This document shows positions 61,586-64,000 of a DNA stretch of 64,000 nt, one piece after another. Source of the DNA: an uncultured Bacilli bacterium. Its GTDB lineage: Bacteria; Bacillota_I; Bacilli_A; RF39; UBA660. The position numbers were made by a program, and so were the translations under genes. Location: positions 285 to 64,284 of the forward strand of contig CAKOTU010000004.1 in the NCBI GenBank assembly GCA_934120265.1, given 5' to 3'. Numbering within the stretch: the first letter of the stretch is position 1; every line of letters begins with the position of its first letter. The notes under the pieces were generated by a model. That model was not told where the DNA came from, did not search any database, and saw only the letters and a list, made by a program, of their open reading frames with translations.

Positions 61586-64000
61586 ATGAAGAAGGTTGCA
61601 GAAAAGATTTGCAAACACAAAAAAGTTATTTTGATTGTTTCAATTATACTTGCATTCTTTTCATTTATAGGAATGAAGTTGACTAAAATCAATTATGATA
61701 TTTTAGTTTACTTACCAGAAGATATTGAAACAATTAAGGGTCAAAATATTTTAACTGATGATTTTAATATGGGTTCGTATTCAGTTGCGATTATTGATAA
61801 TATGAGCAGTAAAAATATTGTTGAACTAGAAAATAAAATAAAGAATGTTGAAGGAGTTAACGAGGTAGTATCTTTATACGATGTTATTGGAACAAGTATT
61901 CCGGTTGAAATGTTACCAAGTGAAGTAACATCAAAACTACATAAAGATAATACAGATTTAATTCTTATAACATTTAAAGATGGTACTTCTAATGAAAAAA
62001 CTATTAATGCGGTAGAAGAAATTAGAAGTATTACAAAAGATAGTTGTAAATTAAGTGGTATGAGCTCTATGGTTTTGGATACTATGAACTTATCTGAACA
62101 AGAAATAATGATATATATTATAATTGCTGTTATTTTATGTTTAACAGTTTTAGAGTTATCGTTAGATTCTTATTTAGCTCCAGTATTTTTACTTCTTAAT
62201 ATTGGATGCGCAATATTATTTAACTTAGGAACCAATTTATTCTTGGGTCAAATTTCATACATAACTAAAGCCTTGGTTGCAGTATTACAACTAGGTGTTA
62301 CTACTGACTTTTCTATTTTCTTATATCATTCTTATGAAGATAAGAAAAAGAAATTTAAGGATAAAAATGAGGCTATGAGTGAAGCAATAGCTGAAACTTT
62401 TGTTTCCGTATTAGGTAGTTCTCTTACGACAGTTGCAGGATTCTTAGTTTTATGTGCGATGAAATTAACTTTAGGAAAAGATTTAGGTATTGTAATGGCT
62501 AAGGGAGTAATATTGGGTGTTATTACTGTCTTAACATTATTTCCAAGTTTACTTCTTATTTTTGATAAGTCTATTGAAAAAACAAAACATAAAAGTTTAA
62601 ATTTAAACTTTACAAGATTTAATAAATTTATTGTTAATAATCATATTATAATTTTTATTGTTTTCTTGATTTGCTTGGTACCAGCTTATCTAGGTTATAA
62701 AAAAGTAGATGTGTATTATAAAATAGATAAATCACTTCCAGATACGTTAGAGAGTATTAGTGCAAATGCAGAACTAAAAGAAAAATATAATATTGTTAGT
62801 CCAGAAATAATTATTGTTGATAGTAAAATGAAAACAAACGATATTGTTAATATGGTAAATGAATTAAAAGGTGTTGATGGTGTTGATTTTGTTTTATCAT
62901 TTGATGAATTAAAACAATATGGTGTAACAGAAAATATGTTACCAACAAAATTATTAAGTACGTTTAAAAATGATAAATATGAAATGTTGCTTTTAAATTC
63001 AACATATGAAGTTGCTAGTGATGAGCTTAACAATCAGATAGAAACAATTAATAATATTGTAAAAAAATACGATGAAAATATAATTGTTGCTGGTGAAGGA
63101 CCTCTTATGAAAGATTTAATTAACATAAGTGATACTGATTTTACAAATGTTAATTCAGCATCTATCATTTGTGTTTTAGTAATTCTACTTATTGTTTTAA
63201 AGAGTCTATCTTTACCATTCTTACTTACATTAACAATTGAGTCAGCAATTATTATCAATATGTCATTCTCATACTTTGGTGGAGTAACATTACCATTTGT
63301 CGCACCAATTGTTCTTGGAACTATTCAATTAGGAGCAACAATTGATTATGCAATATTACTTACTTCATCATATTTGAAAAATAGAAAAGATAATTTAGCA
63401 CCAAAAGAAGCAGTGCTTAGAACTTTAAATTATAATGGTAAATCTGTTTTAATTAGTGGACTTTGTTTCTTTGCAGCAACATTTGGTGTTGGTTTATATT
63501 CTAAACTTGAAATGGTAGGAAGTTTATGCACATTAATATCTAGAGGTGCAATTGTTAGTATGCTTGTGGTAATTATGGTATTACCATCAGTCTTACTTAT
63601 TTTTGATAAATTAATTACAAAAACAACGAAAGGAAGTAAAAATATGAAAAGTACATTAAAAAAAGTAACAGCTTCAATGCTTGTTATAACATTATTATCA
63701 ACTAGTTTCCCTGTTTATGCTTTAACTAAAAATGAAACTGTATATGGAAAATTAGAATCAGATGGTAAGGTAAAAAATGTTTATGTTAATGAACAATTAA
63801 TCAATAATGAAAAAGAAAGTACTATTGAAGATTATACTGATTTAAAAGATATTTTAAATATTAATGGTAATGAAACATTTACTATGGATAATAATAAAAT
63901 AGTTTGGAACGCAGAAGGTAATGATATTTTATACCAAGGTAAATATGAAAATAGTTTACCAATTGATATTTCTGTCAAATATTCATTAGATGGAAAAGAA
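61586..64000 (+). CDS. MMPL/RND-superfamily membrane transporter, open to the window end (not in the supplied ORF track)
   Basis: My own translation from the ATG at 61586 (RBS ggaggg) reads MKKVAEKICKHKKVILIVSIILAFFSFIGMKL... with two 5-6 TM bundles and two extracytoplasmic domains. No stop in this frame before nt 64000. An in-frame signal-peptide-like restart occurs at 63644. Confidence 0.75.
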   Translation, partial: MKKVAEKICKHKKVILIVSIILAFFSFIGMKLTKINYDILVYLPEDIETIKGQNILTDDFNMGSYSVAIIDNMSSKNIVELENKIKNVEGVNEVVSLYDVIGTSIPVEMLPSEVTSKLHKDNTDLILITFKDGTSNEKTINAVEEIRSITKDSCKLSGMSSMVLDTMNLSEQEIMIYIIIAVILCLTVLELSLDSYLAPVFLLLNIGCAILFNLGTNLFLGQISYITKALVAVLQLGVTTDFSIFLYHSYEDKKKKFKDKNEAMSEAIAETFVSVLGSSLTTVAGFLVLCAMKLTLGKDLGIVMAKGVILGVITVLTLFPSLLLIFDKSIEKTKHKSLNLNFTRFNKFIVNNHIIIFIVFLICLVPAYLGYKKVDVYYKIDKSLPDTLESISANAELKEKYNIVSPEIIIVDSKMKTNDIVNMVNELKGVDGVDFVLSFDELKQYGVTENMLPTKLLSTFKNDKYEMLLLNSTYEVASDELNNQIETINNIVKKYDENIIVAGEGPLMKDLINISDTDFTNVNSASIICVLVILLIVLKSLSLPFLLTLTIESAIIINMSFSYFGGVTLPFVAPIVLGTIQLGATIDYAILLTSSYLKNRKDNLAPKEAVLRTLNYNGKSVLISGLCFFAATFGVGLYSKLEMVGSLCTLISRGAIVSMLVVIMVLPSVLLIFDKLITKTTKGSKNMKSTLKKVTASMLVITLLSTSFPVYALTKNETVYGKLESDGKVKNVYVNEQLINNEKESTIEDYTDLKDILNINGNETFTMDNNKIVWNAEGNDILYQGKYENSLPIDISVKYSLDGKE

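Noticed and set aside
61459-61692. The 77-aa minus-strand and 62-aa plus-strand (61498-61686) ORFs in the TetR/MMPL intergenic region.
   Set aside because: They overlap the promoter and inverted-repeat region and the true MMPL start (61586, with a good RBS). Their composition is typical of AT-rich non-coding translation.
1-64000. A search by eye for tRNA/rRNA genes, CRISPR arrays, transposases, integrases and restriction or toxin-antitoxin pairs.
   Set aside because: None was recognised. The intergenic regions are accounted for by promoters, terminators, two T-boxes and the four leader cassettes.

Overview
Low-GC (roughly 30% by eye) Bacillota chromosome segment with almost every gene on the + strand. 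All calls come from motif recognition and manual translation; no searches were run.

Backbone: housekeeping and sporulation blocks run collinear with Bacillus subtilis: yunB-yutD | prfB-yitT-ftsE-ftsX | lon ... spoVID-ysxE | valS | lepA-hemW | thyX-tmk | yrzL(ireB)-ruvX-yrzB-mltG-yrrM-yrrN-yrrO-greA | murE-murE-mraY | leuS. There are two T-box leaders, the classic prfB +1 frameshift and many clean intrinsic terminators. I saw no rRNA, tRNA, CRISPR array, transposase or integrase.

Main signal: nine genes with prepilin-type (class III) signal peptides (K-G-F-T-L-I-E-L-L plus a hydrophobic helix) sit between or inside these core blocks.
- Seven carry large C-terminal cargo: BspA/DUF285-type LRR arrays, a DUF1566-like module present seven times, and one possibly phage-fibre-like domain.
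- No pilus assembly or prepilin peptidase gene is in the 64 kb.
- Four of them follow a conserved ~190-nt leader cassette: a sigma-A promoter, a 14-bp helix enclosing a mini-ORF (MVKE...TWGG), then an intrinsic terminator.
- The mini-ORF contains a G8 / G9 / G10 / interrupted homopolymer. The tract length decides whether the mini-ORF stops before the terminator or reads into it. I read this as a candidate phase-variable, translation-coupled attenuator.

Other observations:
- Two LRR-pilin paralogs with 539 nt of perfect identity bracket the essential prfB-ftsEX block.
- A short pilin is followed by an O-antigen-ligase/GtrB/GtrA cluster.
- Tandem murE paralogs differ in the third-residue motif (DDPH versus DNPR).
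- Adjacent pyruvate-kinase-like and GH31-like genes have their catalytic residues replaced.
- The leuS T-box has no canonical terminator; its alternative helix uses the SD.
- An A8 tract may truncate a DUF11-like gene.
- An MMPL gene missing from the ORF track runs without a stop into a signal-peptide-like segment.
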